From Octopus vulgaris (Eukaryota), in NCBI GenBank assembly GCA_951406725.2, contig OX597824.1, positions 6,820,001-6,884,000 on the forward strand: 64,000 nucleotides of DNA, read 5' to 3'. A program made the translations under genes and the position numbers. The notes under the pieces were generated by a model. It saw only the letters and a list, made by a program, of their open reading frames with translations, made no database searches and was not told the origin of the DNA. Below, piece after piece: positions 13,840 through 27,741 of this stretch (position 1 is its first letter; each line of letters opens with the position of its first letter).

Positions 13840-14209
13840 TCTCTCTATATATAAACGGCAGTTTGTCTGTGCGTGTTTCTGTGTGTCTGTTTTCTTGTAC
13901 CCTCACCCTGACCACGGCTTTCAACCGATTCTGATGAAACTTGACACACACATAGCCCAATGTCATAATTTAAAACTAACACAGCGAAAATTTTGAAAAG
14001 TTCCCCCAGTTCTGAAAAAAATCGATAAATTCGACATGGGGTCGAGAATCAGAAACACAAACCGCAAACTGTCTAGGGGACGCAACTCCACCTTTTTTAA
14101 CTAAAAAAAAAATTTACCATCATTTTGCTATTTTTTGGCTATAACTCTCTAAAAATGCTTTATAGTTATTTCCCTTACAAACCTGAGCAACGCCGGGCGA
14201 TACTGCTAG
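13840..14209 (+). mobile_element. Non-autonomous Helitron (family H2)
   Basis: 5' TCTCTCTATATATAAAC; 3' cctgagcaacgccgggcgatactgCTAG|T. Confidence 0.85.
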
Positions 14210-14404
14210 TATATATATAAAACTGCGTTTTTGCAGTTAAGGGAAATAAAATTTCAAGTGAATATATTTGATTTCTGAAGTAAAAGGATTGATACGATCA
14301 ACGGAACAACTTGCTCATGAAATTAAACATTGCAAGTGGCTGAGTATTCCACAGACACATGTACCCTTAATGTAGTTCTTACCACGCCACCGCTGCCACC
14401 AACG

Positions 14405-14700
14405 TCATCATCATTTAATGTCCTCCTTCCATGCTAGTATAGGTTGGATTGTTCAACAGGAGCTGGCCAGGCAGGAGCCTGTGCCATGCTTCTGAGTATG
14501 TTTTGGCAGGGTTTTTATGGTTGGGTGCCCTTCATAGCACCAACCACTCCGTAGTGTGGGATGAATGCTTCTTACATGGCACTCGCTCAGGCGACATCAG
14601 TTTTGATGAGGTTTTTACAGCTGGATGCCCTTCCAAATACCAACTGCTTTAGGGTGTGGACTGGGTGTATTTTAAGTGGCACCTGCACTGGCAGGGTCAC
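14405..14700 (-). mobile_element. Degraded RTE 3' end
   Basis: catcatcatttaatgtc...ccatgctag...ctggatgccc motifs on the reverse strand. Confidence 0.65.
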
Positions 14701-14844
14701 CCGAGTGACTTTGCAAGACAAAGAGTCTTTGAGAGGGGACGGGGCATTGGACGAGGTGAACTTGTGTCAGATGATGAAAGATTTGAGAATGACAGAGAGG
14801 CAGAGATGTCTTGCTGTTGAGGGAGTCCATGGTTACCCAGCCAG

Positions 14845-15027
14845 AGATGGGGAGGGGGGAATGGGGGAGGGGAGATAGGGGAAGGGGAGGTGGGTGAGGT
14901 GGGATGGGGAGGGGAGAGAGGGGAAAAAAGAGAGCGAGAGTTAATGTGAATGAGGGCAGAAATAGTTAGCTAGAGAGAGGGAGCGCAAGGGGGAGAGAGG
15001 GGGGAGAGAGAGAGAGCGAGGGAGAGA

Positions 15028-15065
<38 letters not shown>
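14845..15065. repeat. G-rich / (GA)n purine tract
   Basis: Multiple GGGG runs followed by (GA)n. Confidence 0.85.
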
Positions 15066-15068
<3 letters not shown>

Positions 15069-15402
15069 AAATACCAGGGACTGTCTTTGGCAGATTGGTA
15101 TCAAAGGGTTGAGCATGGAATAAACAATATCTTAAACTTAATGAAACAGTTCCAAGACACACTATTTCCGATATAACACCAAATATATACGGAACATGAT
15201 CAAAAATGGAGACGAAATTATCAGAAACTGCTGAGAATAGCAACTGCAGTTATTTTTAGTTTTACCATATTTCTGAAACAGTAATATTAAAGATGGAAAT
15301 ACTTAAGACTGCTCCGTAGTGACAGAAAGAGTGATATTACGCTGTCAGAGATTGTAACATAGGTTTTAATCAGTTGTCTGGCTCTTGGAATAAATTGGTA
15401 AA

Positions 15403-15442
<40 letters not shown>

Positions 15443-15799
15443 AGGGAGAGAGAGGGAGAGAGAGAGGGAATGAGCTCATTTTTCAATCCTATATTTTCAA
15501 CAGCAACAAATAAGTTGTCGAACATCATTCAGATGGTTTATATTGAGCTGTATTGTATTGTGTGTGTGTGTGTGTGAGACTGAGAGTGTGTGAGTGACTG
15601 AGAGTGTGTGTGTGTTTGTACGTGTGTATGTGTGTGTGTGTGAGTGACTTAGAGTCTATGTGTGTTTGTATGTGTGTGTGTGTGTGAATGACTTAGAGTC
15701 TATGTGTGTTTGTATGTGTGTGTGTGTGTGTGTGAGTGTGATGGGATTTCGGTAAGACTTTGTATACGTAGATATATTTTGTGTGTGCTGATACTCAAG

Positions 15800-15863
<64 letters not shown>

Positions 15864-16974
15864 AAAATCATGTATGATTGTGCTTAACTGAGTTTGTGTT
15901 ATAAGACAGATGTATTTTGTGTGCACTGCCATCAAAGTGTTACTCTGAGTATGTGTGTGTGTGTGTGTTTACGTGTGTGAGTGTATGTGTGCTTAGGTAA
16001 AGAGACTGTGTATGGATGGATGTATTTTGAGTGCATCAATAGTCAATTGACACTGTGTGTATATGTGTGTATGCGCGCGTGTGTGTGTATAAATTACAAA
16101 CTTAATAAATCACTGCCTCCGTATATTCACAAGTCCTGCATCGGATATTCATATTTCCCATTTATAAGACTGAAAATGCTATATTTATACTGAAATATTT
16201 ATACTGTTAAGACATCACAAGGGATTTTATTCTGTGTTTATCCAAATTCTGTTTTGCATACACACATGCATATATGCATAACAGGCTTCTCTTTGTTTCC
16301 ATCAATCAAATTTACCACATTTACTCACAAAGTTTGATCAGCCCAGGGCTGACACTTGCCCAAAATGCCACACAGTGGGATTGAACCCAGCCCCCCAGGG
16401 TTTCAAAAACGAACTTCTTAACCATGCAGCCATGCCTGCACCAAGCGGTAAAATTACAGCTTATATGCATACACCGAAATCACAAGAACATTGCTTACTT
16501 GGAACTAAATTTTCCCGAAGAATCCAGTGTTATGCTTGAATTCCATCCCAATGAAACGGCTAACAATAGTAATTTCAATAATAGCAATTTAATAATAGTA
16601 ATTCAAACGGCTGAGTAGAAATGCAAGTCTTTCTAAATATAAAGAAGCCTGCTGTACACTGATATTTTGGGTTGCATACATAGAAATCTCAGCAGAATAT
16701 ACGAGAAAGGCATCAGAATGTGTCTGTCCGTGACAATGAGAAAGTATTTGCTGAACTTCTGGACAATAACAATATAAATATTATTTATTGTTGTAGTGTT
16801 AACATGATATCTCTGATTACATTACTTAACGGCAACAGAAAAGATTGGTATCAAACGTGGAGTGTTACAGAGTGCATCGTATGTTTCTTCGGCCGTCAAT
16901 TACATAACACATGGCTTCAATGTAGATTTTATAATCAATCCAAGAGAGAGACAAACAGTCATAAATATACACAC

Positions 16975-17525
16975 ATATCTACATACATACGACGTACATA
17001 CATACACACATGCATACATACATACATATATACATACATACATACATCATACATACATACGTACATACATACATCATACATGCATACGTACATACATACA
17101 TCATACATACATACATACGTACATACATCATACATACATACATCATACATACATACATACATACATATCTACATACATCATACATACATACATACATACA
17201 TACATATGCACATACATACATACATACATATCTACATACATACATACATACATCATACATACATACATACATACATATCTATCTACATACATACATCATA
17301 CATACATACATACATCATACATACATATATACATACATACATACATCATACATACATACGTACATACATACATCATACATACATATATACATACATATCT
17401 ATATACATACATCATACATATCTACATACATACATACCTATATACATACATCATACATACATACATATATACATACATACATACACCATACATACATAAA
17501 TCATACATACATACATACATACATA
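16975..17525. repeat. (ATAC)n tetranucleotide microsatellite, ~550 bp, with ATC interruptions
   Basis: Directly visible; source of the HTYI ORFs. Confidence 0.95.
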
Positions 17526-17649
17526 AATGTATATGTGGTTGAATATTTGTGTGTACATATGTGCCATAAACACACACACACACACATATATACTATGTAT
17601 GTATGTATGGTTGAATATTTATTTGTATGTGTGTGTGTGTGTGATTTTA

Positions 17650-18052
17650 TCTTTTACTTGTTTCAGTCATTAGATTGCGGCCATGCTGGAGCACTGCCTT
17701 TAAGAAGTTTAAGTCAAATAAATTGACCCCAGTACTTATATAACTTTCTTAAAGCCCTGTACTGAATTTATCAGTCTCTTTTTCCAAACTGCTATGTTAT
17801 GGGAATGTACACCCACCAATGCTGGGGGTCAAGTGATGGTGGAGAACAAATATAGACTCAAAAGTACACACATATAGATATAAATATATACAAGAGGCTT
17901 CTCTCAGTTTCCATCTCCCAAATTTGCTCTGAAATCTTTGGTTGGCCTGACGCTATAATAGAAGAAACTTGCCCAAGGTGCCATGCAGTGGGACTGAACC
18001 AAGAACCATGCGGTTGGGAAGCAGGCTTTGTACCACACAGTCACTCCTGCAC
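17650..18052 (-). mobile_element. SINE family A (diverged)
   Basis: Full-length family A layout on the minus strand. Confidence 0.8.
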
Positions 18053-18054
18053 CT

Positions 18055-18390
18055 ATTGCTCAGTGGTTAGAGCATCAGGTTTACAATCATGAGGTAGTGA
18101 GTTCGATTCCTGGACCAGGCTCTGTGTTGTGTTCTTGAGCAAGACACTTTGTTTCATGTTGCTCCAGTTCACTGAACCATAGAAATGAGTTGCGATGTCA
18201 CTGGTGCCAAACTGTATCATAGCCTTTGCCATTCCCTTGGGTAACATCGGTAGCATGGAGAGGAGAGTGTGGTATCCATGGGCAACTGCTTGTCTTCCAT
18301 AAACAGCCTTGCCTGGACTTGTGCCTCAGAGGGGAATTTTCTTGGTGCAATCCCATGGTCATTCATGACCGAAGGGGATCTCTACCCTCA
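18055..18390 (+). mobile_element. tRNA-derived SINE family C
   Basis: A box (t)tgctcagtgg, B box agttcgattcc, then gtgttcttgagcaagacactt; a related head fragment lies at 22225-22330 (-). Confidence 0.75.
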
Positions 18391-18400
18391 ATATATGTGC

Positions 18401-18444
<44 letters not shown>

Positions 18445-19107
18445 CTTTATATGTGATGACATGTAAAAGCACCCATGCAGTGTCCCATAAGAGCACCTGT
18501 GGAGTGCCACATGAAAGTGCCAGTACGATGGCACGTAAAAGCACCCAGCACACTCTGAAAAGTGGCATCCATCTGGAGAAACCATGTCAAACCAGACAGG
18601 AGTCTGGTGCAGCTTCCCAGCTTGCTAGCTCTGGTCAAACAGTCCAAACCATGCTAGCACAGACAACAAATATCAAAGGATGATGATGATGATGTTACTG
18701 ATATATCATCAACATTATCAGTTAACATCCATGATCTATGCTGGTGTCAGACAGATAGTTCAACAGGATCCAGTGGCCCCCAAAGACTCCATAGTGCCCC
18801 AGTGTCAGCTCTGGCATGGTTTCTATGGCCTGATACTCTTTCTAATACCAACCACTTTACAACATGCACTGGATGCTGTTCACATGCTACCAGCACTAAT
18901 GAGGTTACCATGAATCTTTCAAGACTACAAACCCCTAGGGGGAAACTTAACACAAAGAGTCAAGGGGCTAAAACCATGAGAAAATGGCCATGAGCAGAAC
19001 CAGTTTCTTACTGTAGAGGAGCTAAATGACAACTCACATTTTAGAAGAGAGGATCCACACACACACACAAACATGTGTGAGTATGTGTGTGTGTGTGTGT
19101 GTATGTT

Positions 19108-19350
19108 GTCATCGTCGTCATCATCATCAACGTCTGCCTTCCATGCTGGCATGGGTTGGACAGTTTGACTGAGGACTGGTAAGACAGGAGGCTGCACCAG
19201 GCTCCAATCTGATCTAGTAAGGTTTCTACAACTGGATGCCCTTCCTAATGCCAACCCCTCTGAGAGTGTAGTGGGTGCTTTTTACAAGCCACTGGCATGA
19301 GGGCCAGTCAGGTGGCACTAGCATCGAATACACCCAAATGGTGCTTTTCA
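19108..19350 (-). mobile_element. RTE 3' end
   Basis: (CAT)n tail, ccatgctggcatgggttggac and ggatgcccttcctaatgccaac. Confidence 0.8.
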
Positions 19351-19365
19351 AATACTACTAGCACA

Positions 19366-19746
<381 letters not shown>

Positions 19747-20655
19747 GATAGAGTGATGGGGAGAATTATAAGAATGAAGTCAAAAAGCCTATATATATTC
19801 TAGTGTGATGTTCTTGGAATAAATAATTTAATTCTGCAAAATACCAAGTCTTCAGATGTCTCATGTTCTTTCCAGTTAATTTCCATTGATTAGCTATATT
19901 CGTTCTAAATTCTTTCTCTCTCAGTCAACGGACAGTAACCTGGGGCATCAACCCTGGTGTTTCGGCTGGTATTTATTTTATAATTATCGTATAATCGTAT
20001 GATGTGTAATCTCCAGTGGATACTGATATAAAAGGAGACAACTTAGATGTAAGAAACCACATGGGATTTCTATTCAAATGAATCGGTTTCCGTCCCCTGT
20101 TGATCATGTGTACATACATATACATCGTCATCATCATCATCATCATCATCATCACGTAACAAATGTTCTACATGCTGACACTCGTACATAATTGGCGTCT
20201 GGAGATCCTGTTTACTAAATATCACTGGACGTCACTGGTCAGCGTATGGTTGGGGTAGGAGACACTGGCCATAAGCACTACGCAGTAAGATAGAATTGAA
20301 CCCAGAACCATCATCATCATTTGATGTCCGTTTTCCATGCTGGCAGTTTGACAGAAGCTGGTCAGCCAGGGAGGAGCTGCCTGGGCTCCATGTCTGTTTT
20401 GACATGGTCGCTATGGCTGGATGCCCTTCCTAATGCCAAGCACTTTTACAGAGTGTACAGGCGGCCCCTACGCAGCACTGGCACGAGTGCTTCTATGTGG
20501 CTCCAGCACAGGTGCTTTTTATGTGGCACAGGCATGTGGGAAAATGAACTGCTTAATCACACAGTCATACCTGAGCCAATCTATTTACATTTACATTAAA
20601 CACATACACACGTGTGTGTGTTTAATCCTATATATATATATATATATATATAATA

Positions 20656-21065
20656 ATATTAAGGAATGGCCTTAATAGGCCATTCAACTCACTAAAACGA
20701 GCAGCTAAACTCAAACCGCTAAATAGTAGTAATTCAGAAATCAAAGGCCAGTGGTAAATTGACTTGATCAAATTTATTTAATTTAATTAGGCTAGTTTAC
20801 CAAAAAGTACGTTGAAACAATGCATTGTCCAAAGGGGATTAGGGCAAATGTTTTTAATTTTCCTTTGATTTCTGAATTACTAATATTTAGTGGTTTGAGT
20901 TTAGCTGCTCGTTTTAGTGAGTTGAATGGCCTATTAAGGCCATTCAACTCACTTAATATTATTGTTGAATGTACATTATATAGTCTGTTGACTATTTTTT
21001 CTTTCTCACTAGACCGCTGGTGGCGAAAAAAAATTTCTATTGAATTTTTTGCTACCCTTATATTG
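20656..21065. mobile_element. Penelope-like terminal-repeat fragment with inverted segment
   Basis: About 85-bp inverted arms (20663-20747 / 20862-20946) and a hammerhead 3' half GAAAC-aatgcatt-GTC at ~20814; homologous to 36505-37021; flanked by (TA)n. Confidence 0.6.
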
Positions 21066-21777
21066 ATTAATATATATATATATAACTCCTGATACAAAGA
21101 ATTTTGTGACAGTGATAGAAAAGCCTTCCAAAACAGCTAAAATACCATTTCAGATGAAAGCCATGTTATAATCCAAACTAAGAAAGGGCATAAGTCTTTG
21201 TTCCCAAAGTAATTACTAGAATTGTTCATTCTCTTCCATAAAACTGATAAATGGGTTGGTCATTCTGTACTTGTATTCCACTTGAGATTATAACGGAAAA
21301 AAATAAAAGAAAAGAAAGAACTCCACGTCTTTTGTTATGTTCAGTTATTGGTGACTAAACTGAACAATCAAAAAGCAATTTTCATAAAATATTTGCCTCC
21401 AGTAAACAAACGAAACCATATACAACATAATAAAAATGACGACTTCCAAAGATACCATTGTCTCTAAATGGTGTTATAAACTGAAATACAATGCCACCTG
21501 AATTGCTACAGGTAATAAACAGTTATGAAGAAGCCAACAATGGAATCTCCAGGTGAAGATTTCACCTGTTAGAAACAGCACACAAATTGCTCCCACAGCA
21601 CAACTTACAGACTTGGCTCTTTTGATTCCATATTTCAAAAGAAATAAACTGTGCTTCTATAATTTTTTAAAATAATCAAAAATTCATTTGCTTTTATTGA
21701 AATACCTAATATTTACAGTAATTTCCAAATCAAACAAGTGTTTTAGAACTTAACGAAATGTTCTTATATAAAATTAC

Positions 21778-22200
21778 AGGAATGGCTGTGTGTTAAGAAG
21801 ATTGCTTTGCAACCACATGGTTTTGGGTTCAGTCCCACTGCATGCCGTCTTGGGTAAGTGTCTTCTACTATAGCCTCAGGTCAACCAATGCCTTGTGAGT
21901 GGATTTGGTAGATGGAAACCGAAAAACGCCCACAGTGTGTGTATATATGTATGTATATATATATATATGAGTATAAATATTTATGTGTGGGTGTGTCTTT
22001 GCATCTGTGTGTGTCCCCCACCATTGCTTGACAACCAACATTGGTGTGTTTACATCCCCGAAACTTAGCAGTTTGGCAAAAGAGACTGATAGAATAAGTG
22101 CCAGGCTTAGAAAGAGTAAGTTCTGGGGTCGATTTCTTTGACTACAGGCAGTGCTCCAGCATGGCCGCAGTCAAATGACTGAAAATATGTAAAAGAGTAA
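21778..22200 (+). mobile_element. SINE family A
   Basis: Full-length layout ending aaaagagtaa. Confidence 0.85.
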
Positions 22201-22799
22201 ATGGAAAGGTTTCATTTAATCATGAAATGAAGTGTTTTGCTCAAGAGCACAATGCACTGCCGGGCCTGGGAATTGAACCCCAAGATTTCACAATGGTAAG
22301 TGTAACACCCTAACCAATACGCCACATGCATTCACTGAAATCCATCCATTGTTTTTTTGCTTAGCAATATTACTAAATGAAAATAAATAAAATGAAAATA
22401 AACAAAAGCAAGCAACGACCAGGACAGTAATGGCCTGACTTGACCATCTTTGACCATTGGTCAGCTCAGTCAAAGCAGACAACAACAACTTAACAGTTAG
22501 CATACTGTATAATCAATCATTGTGGTGTTGTGTATTTACAGAAACAGAACATTGTGTTAACACTATAAAGCGAGAAGAGACATTAATGTCCAACAGTTCA
22601 ACTGTTTTCTTGATAAATTTCAATGTTTTACGCTGATAACACAAAAGAAATTCTGTGATGAAGGGAAGCTGATAGACAAGTTCTTTATTTATGATATTCC
22701 TTGCATTTTCATTTTACATTTTTCTACATAATTTATAAATGGCGTAGGCATGTTAACACGTAGCAATTTGCGGCTAATTCAGGCCTTCTTGTTTGGTTT

Positions 22800-23035
22800 C
22801 TTATTTCTTTATTGCCCACAAGGGGGCTAAACATAGAGAGGACAAACAAGGACAGACAAAGAGATTAAATCGATTACATCGACCCCAGTGCGTAACTGGT
22901 ACTTAACTTATTGACCCCAAAAGGATGAAAGGCAAAGTTGACCTCGGCAGAATTTGAACTCAGAATGTAACAGCAGATGAAATACCACTAAGCATTTTGC
23001 CGGTGAGCTAATGTTTCTGCCAGCTTGCCGCCTTA
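22800..23035 (-). mobile_element. SINE family B monomer
   Basis: Full head and body; flanked by the near-direct repeat tcttg(t/c)ttggtttctt. Confidence 0.85.
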
Positions 23036-24789
23036 AATCTTGCTTGGTTTCTTGTATGGCCATTGATACCTGGTTCTACAACTTCTTTAAGAGAGTAGTA
23101 ACTTCAAAGAAGAATTAACTCAAACTGTGATGACCTGTCCACTCTAATCCATGCTAGTATGGAAATTAGGGGTCAAATGACATGGAGAATGGTGATTCCT
23201 TGATCTAAATTCTTCAGCTTTATAATGTATATTCATACCATTTAAATGTAGAAGTTGTGTAGTTGTTGCAGTGTTGGATTGAATGTTGTGGCATTTGTTC
23301 TGACTCTCTGCAACCAGAGTTCAAATCCTGCTAAGATCAACTTTGTCTTTCATTCTTTCAGGGCTCAACATAATTCATGCCAATCTGAGGTCATGAGCTG
23401 GAAGCATCACTACCATGTCAAGCAAAACGATAACAAGCATTTTGTTCATCTTTAGATCTTGAGTCGGTGCATCAAAGTTGGTGCCAGGAGAACAGACATA
23501 TTGTTGAGAACAAATGATTTCATTGGAGGTCTGTTATCTCCATTCCAGCCCCTGGTGGCCTAGAAGAGGTTAGAAGGGTCAAGTGGCAAAGACATTATTG
23601 TTAACGAAGACATCTGGGAAATGTATAACTGCTGTCATTCACAGAAAAACTATTGCTTTACCGTGAGAAAAGCGCTGTTGAAGTGTGAAGTGAAATTTGG
23701 CAATCGAGGATCAAATCCGCGCTATGCCTCCATGAAGCCACTACAAATACATTGTGGAATAAAAATTTATCTACTTTCATGGAAAAGTGTAACTGTAAAA
23801 ATGCAGAATTATCGGAGTAATGGCCATTCAAAAAAGTATGTATGTATAGAAATGTATGAATGAAGTCTTTAATGTTTAAGATTCAAATCAAGGAAGTGCA
23901 ATAATAATGCTTAGCAGTTCAAAACTGTGAGAAGTGAAATGCAGAATTAGGTTGGTTGATCGTGAGAATCAAATATTGATCACTTCACTAAAAACTGCAG
24001 GTGGTATGGGTTATTTCCTTTGGGTTGTTTAAATAAAATACTAGTAATATGTAGTAGATAGAAGGATCAGTTGGAGGGGCCCTATTATCGATTTTTTTCA
24101 ACAATCTAAGTATGTCATGAGGTTTCCAGACTTGAGTTCTACTCACGTGTCAAATAAAGTATAAAAGTGATATTGTCTGCAAAAATTAGAAATTGGACAC
24201 ACAAAAAATCAATATTCAAAGTAATCGAACATAAACAATGAAACCAGTTAAATATTTCTAAATTCGATGACTCAATTAGTTTCAGGAAAATATTGCATGA
24301 ACTGTAAATAAGCAATAAATATTATGATTTGTAAAATAAGTATAAGTGATACAGGGTGTTCCAAGTGAATATGGTGTGGAAATTTGGTTTGATTTTTTAA
24401 GAACTTTAGGCATTCAAAATATGGGTTCATTGTACTGGGACACACTTATTAAATACGTTCATGAATCAAAAATTAGTCATTTTCTATAAGTAAAAATATC
24501 CCAGCTGTTCCTTTGAAAGACTTAAAAGTCTTTGTATCAAAGATCAAATCTGTCGTTCAGTTTCCTAACATCACCTGGCACTTGGGTGACTTTTGCAGAG
24601 AGCAATCTTTTCCAGGTGTTCAAATGAGGTTTCTGCTCTCAGTATATCGCTGTTTCGTCTCCTCCTCTCACAACTCATGAATCATGGTCTCCTCACAGGT
24701 TTCCCATCCACCAATGTCAGAGAACCTGAAAATTAATATGATCGCTGCCCTTTTTTTTTTCCTTTTAATTCTACAAAGAAATAATAACA

Positions 24790-25190
24790 GGCGCAGGAGT
24801 GGCTGTGTGGTAAGTAGCTTGCTAACTAACCACATGGTTCCGGGTTCAGTCCCACTGCGTGGCATCTTGGGCAAGTGTCTTCTGCTATAGCCCCGGGCTG
24901 ACCAATACCTTGTGAGTGGATTTGGTAGACGGAAACTGAAAGAAGCCTGTCGTATATATGTATATATATATGTGTGTGTGTGTATATGTTTGTGTGTCTG
25001 TGTTTGTCCCCCTTGACAACCGATGCTGGTGTGTCCACGTCCCCGTCACTTAGCGGTTTGGCAAAAGAGACCGATAGAATAAGTACTGGGCTTACAAAGA
25101 ATAAGTCCTGGGGGTCGATTTGCTCGACTAAAGGCGGTGCTCCAGCATGGCCGCAGTCAAATGACTGAAACAAATAAAAGAGTAAAAGAG
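24790..25190 (+). mobile_element. SINE family A, young full-length copy ending ~30 bp from a MON2 donor site
   Basis: ggcgcaggagtggctgtgtggtaag...gggttcagtcccactgcgtggcatcttgggcaagtg...gactgaaacaaataaaagagtaaaagag. Confidence 0.9.
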
Positions 25191-25222
25191 GAAAGAGAGT
25201 TCAAATAGCAATGAGCATTTAC

Positions 25223-25421
25223 CTATTGTTTGCAAAATCGATCGCTTTGAGTTAAAGGTGCGTGCTACTCCAGCTAAAGTAAGGACCCGGGTTTCAGCCC
25301 ACTGCTTTTCTGCGGTATCTCGCGAGTGGTGGATCAGGATATTACCAGTAGATGACTCCTCCTTGCATGTGGACGCTCGACTGGAAAGTTTTTGCACATC
25401 TCCCAGCAAAGGGAAGAGAAC
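25223..25421 (-). CDS. MON2: MON2 internal coding exon (199 bp)
   Basis: [67 protein letters not shown] contains the MON2 hallmark [15 protein letters not shown]. Pyrimidine tract plus TAG acceptor, donor G|GTAAAT; phase 0/1. Confidence 0.96.
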
Positions 25422-25683
25422 CTAGGAGCAAGAGAGAGAGAGAAGGAAAAACAAAAAGAGAAAATAATGAAGAATCTTCATTGCTTTGAGAGCAAATCAA
25501 TGGGAATAACATAGAACAAAGACCATAAATAAAGTTAAGGAGAAATTCATCATGGAAACAAGAAACAAGTAAAATATAAATCTATTGAATTCAACAACTA
25601 AATTAAAGAAAAATAAAATAATAAAATAAATTTGAGAAATCAAACAAATAATAAATTCCATTCGATATGCATTCAAGAATTAC

Positions 25684-25820
25684 ATGAAAGTAGATTTATT
25701 CATTTAGCCCTATTTCATATTTATTATTATTATTATCATTATTATTATTATTATTATTATTATCATTATTATTATTATCATCATCATTATCATTATTATT
25801 ATTATCATTATAATAATAAC

Positions 25821-25853
<33 letters not shown>

Positions 25854-25854
25854 G

Positions 25855-25891
<37 letters not shown>

Positions 25892-25943
25892 TAATAATAA
25901 TAATAAATATGAAGTGGGGCTAAATGAATAAATCTACTTTCAT
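25684..25943. repeat. Foldback: ~40-bp unique inverted arms extended by (ATT)n/(AAT)n
   Basis: atgaaagtagatttattcatttagccc...gggctaaatgaataaatctactttcat, with complementary triplet tracts between the arms. Confidence 0.85.
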
Positions 25944-26064
25944 AGATAATGATGATGATAATAAGAATGATAATAATACTATAATAATGATGATGATAAT
26001 GATGATGATGATAATAAGAATGATAATAATAATGATAAATATGAAATAGAGCCAAAGGAATAAA

Positions 26065-26245
<181 letters not shown>

Positions 26246-26682
26246 TGTTGCTACTGTTGTTGTTATGTTTTGTTTTAACTTTTTCTTTTCTTTTGACTTT
26301 AGAGAAGATTATAAGGTGTTGTTCATTGCGAGATGGTTATTTATACCTATCAGCATTCAAAAGTGGCATCATAATATCATGGATGAGGAGGAGACACGTG
26401 TACGTATACGGAACCAGGAAACGGAGGAGATAGAAATCACAGATGCGATTCTTAATAGTAGGGAAAGTAGATAATCTTTATTGCTTTAAGATGTTCTGGA
26501 ATGATTGGTTTTAGAATGGATTATCTGCATTAATGGTGTTAAAGCAACGGCTGCAAATCTTCTGACGGAACAATAAAGTTAGAAAGAGAATAAAAGACAA
26601 CGAAAGGATACAAACAGAAATTCTAATATCAGAGTGATTTGCTAAAAGTCTATATATAGCAGGTTGTTAAATTGGCTGTATA

Positions 26683-27058
26683 CATCATCATCATCATCAC
26701 CATCACCGTCACCATCATCCTCATCATCACCATTCTCATCCTCATCGTCACCTTCATCACCATCCTCATCCTCACCATCACCGTCATCCTCATCGTCACC
26801 ATCCTCATCCTCATCATGACCATCCTCATCCTCCACCTCCTCCTCCTCCTCATCATCATCATCCTCACCATCCTCACCACCATCATCATCATCGTCATTA
26901 CCATCACCGTCATTCTCATCGTCATCATCATCACCATCCTCATCCTCCTCCTCATCCTCACCATCCTCATCCTCATCATCACCATCCTCATTACCATCAT
27001 CCTCACCATCATCATCATCACCATCATCATCATCATCCTCATCCTCATCCTCATCATG
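26683..27058. repeat. Degenerate (CAT/CCT/CAC)n triplet repeat
   Basis: Directly visible; produces the acidic and poly-I pseudo-ORFs. Confidence 0.9.
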
Positions 27059-27194
27059 AGCATTATTCTAATGCCTGATTGTCCGTGCTAATCAAGGGTC
27101 AGACAGAGTTCATTGAGACATGGTTTCCTATGTCGGGATGCTCTTCCTGTTGGGGAAGGCTGGCAAACGGCCTAATAACTATTATATATATATA

Positions 27195-27708
27195 TCTATA
27201 TATATAAAACTGTAGTTGTGTGAGTGTCTGTCCCCTTCGATTTAGATTCCTAACTACTCCCACATTTTGCGGTGCAGTTTAACCAAATTCGGGTATCTTA
27301 TAGTCGTGATTCATATCGAGCCCGTCTGGGTATTAGTGCGCATCTACGGTGAGTCTACGATTTAAAAAATAATGTAACATCATTTTTTATTCCATTTTAA
27401 TGCATAATTTTTTCGTGTGTCGATGGCGGCGGAGTTGGCGTCCACGCTCACATCTGCACCTGTTTGCTTCTCCCCCTTCTTCCCTCCCTCGTGAAGCTGT
27501 GGGGAAGGGAGTGTAAGGAAATCAACGTCGTAAAGCATTGTCAAGGAGACCAGCGTTCTTTTAGAACAACGACTTCATGGCTTGAAGACACCAAAACAGA
27601 AATGGCTAAGAAAGCCCGAATTGGCATCTATAAGGGAAGTAACTCTCTAAAAATGCTTATATAGTTATTTCCCTTACAAACCCGAGCAACGCCAGGCGAT
27701 ACTGCTAG
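27195..27708 (+). mobile_element. Non-autonomous Helitron (family H3)
   Basis: 5' TCTATATATATAAAAC; 3' cccgagcaacgccaggcgatactgCTAG|T; sits within (TA)n. Confidence 0.87.

Positions 27709-27741
<33 letters not shown>

Noticed and set aside
14845-15005. G-quadruplex-forming regulatory element
   Set aside because: G-runs are present but merge into a (GA)n low-complexity tract; there is no evidence of function.
23440-24730. Non-repetitive stretch possibly coding; small CAGGGTG-ended element at 24352-24448
   Set aside because: No sustained frame or recognisable motif; the putative TIRs are too degraded to call.
25286-25292. Arg in [10 protein letters not shown] where vertebrate MON2 has Trp, as a possible recoding site
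   Set aside because: The codon CGG cannot become TGG by A-to-I editing; ordinary divergence is sufficient.
26642-27091. Acidic (D/E-rich) ORF
   Set aside because: Degenerate triplet repeat with no unique coding context or splice support.
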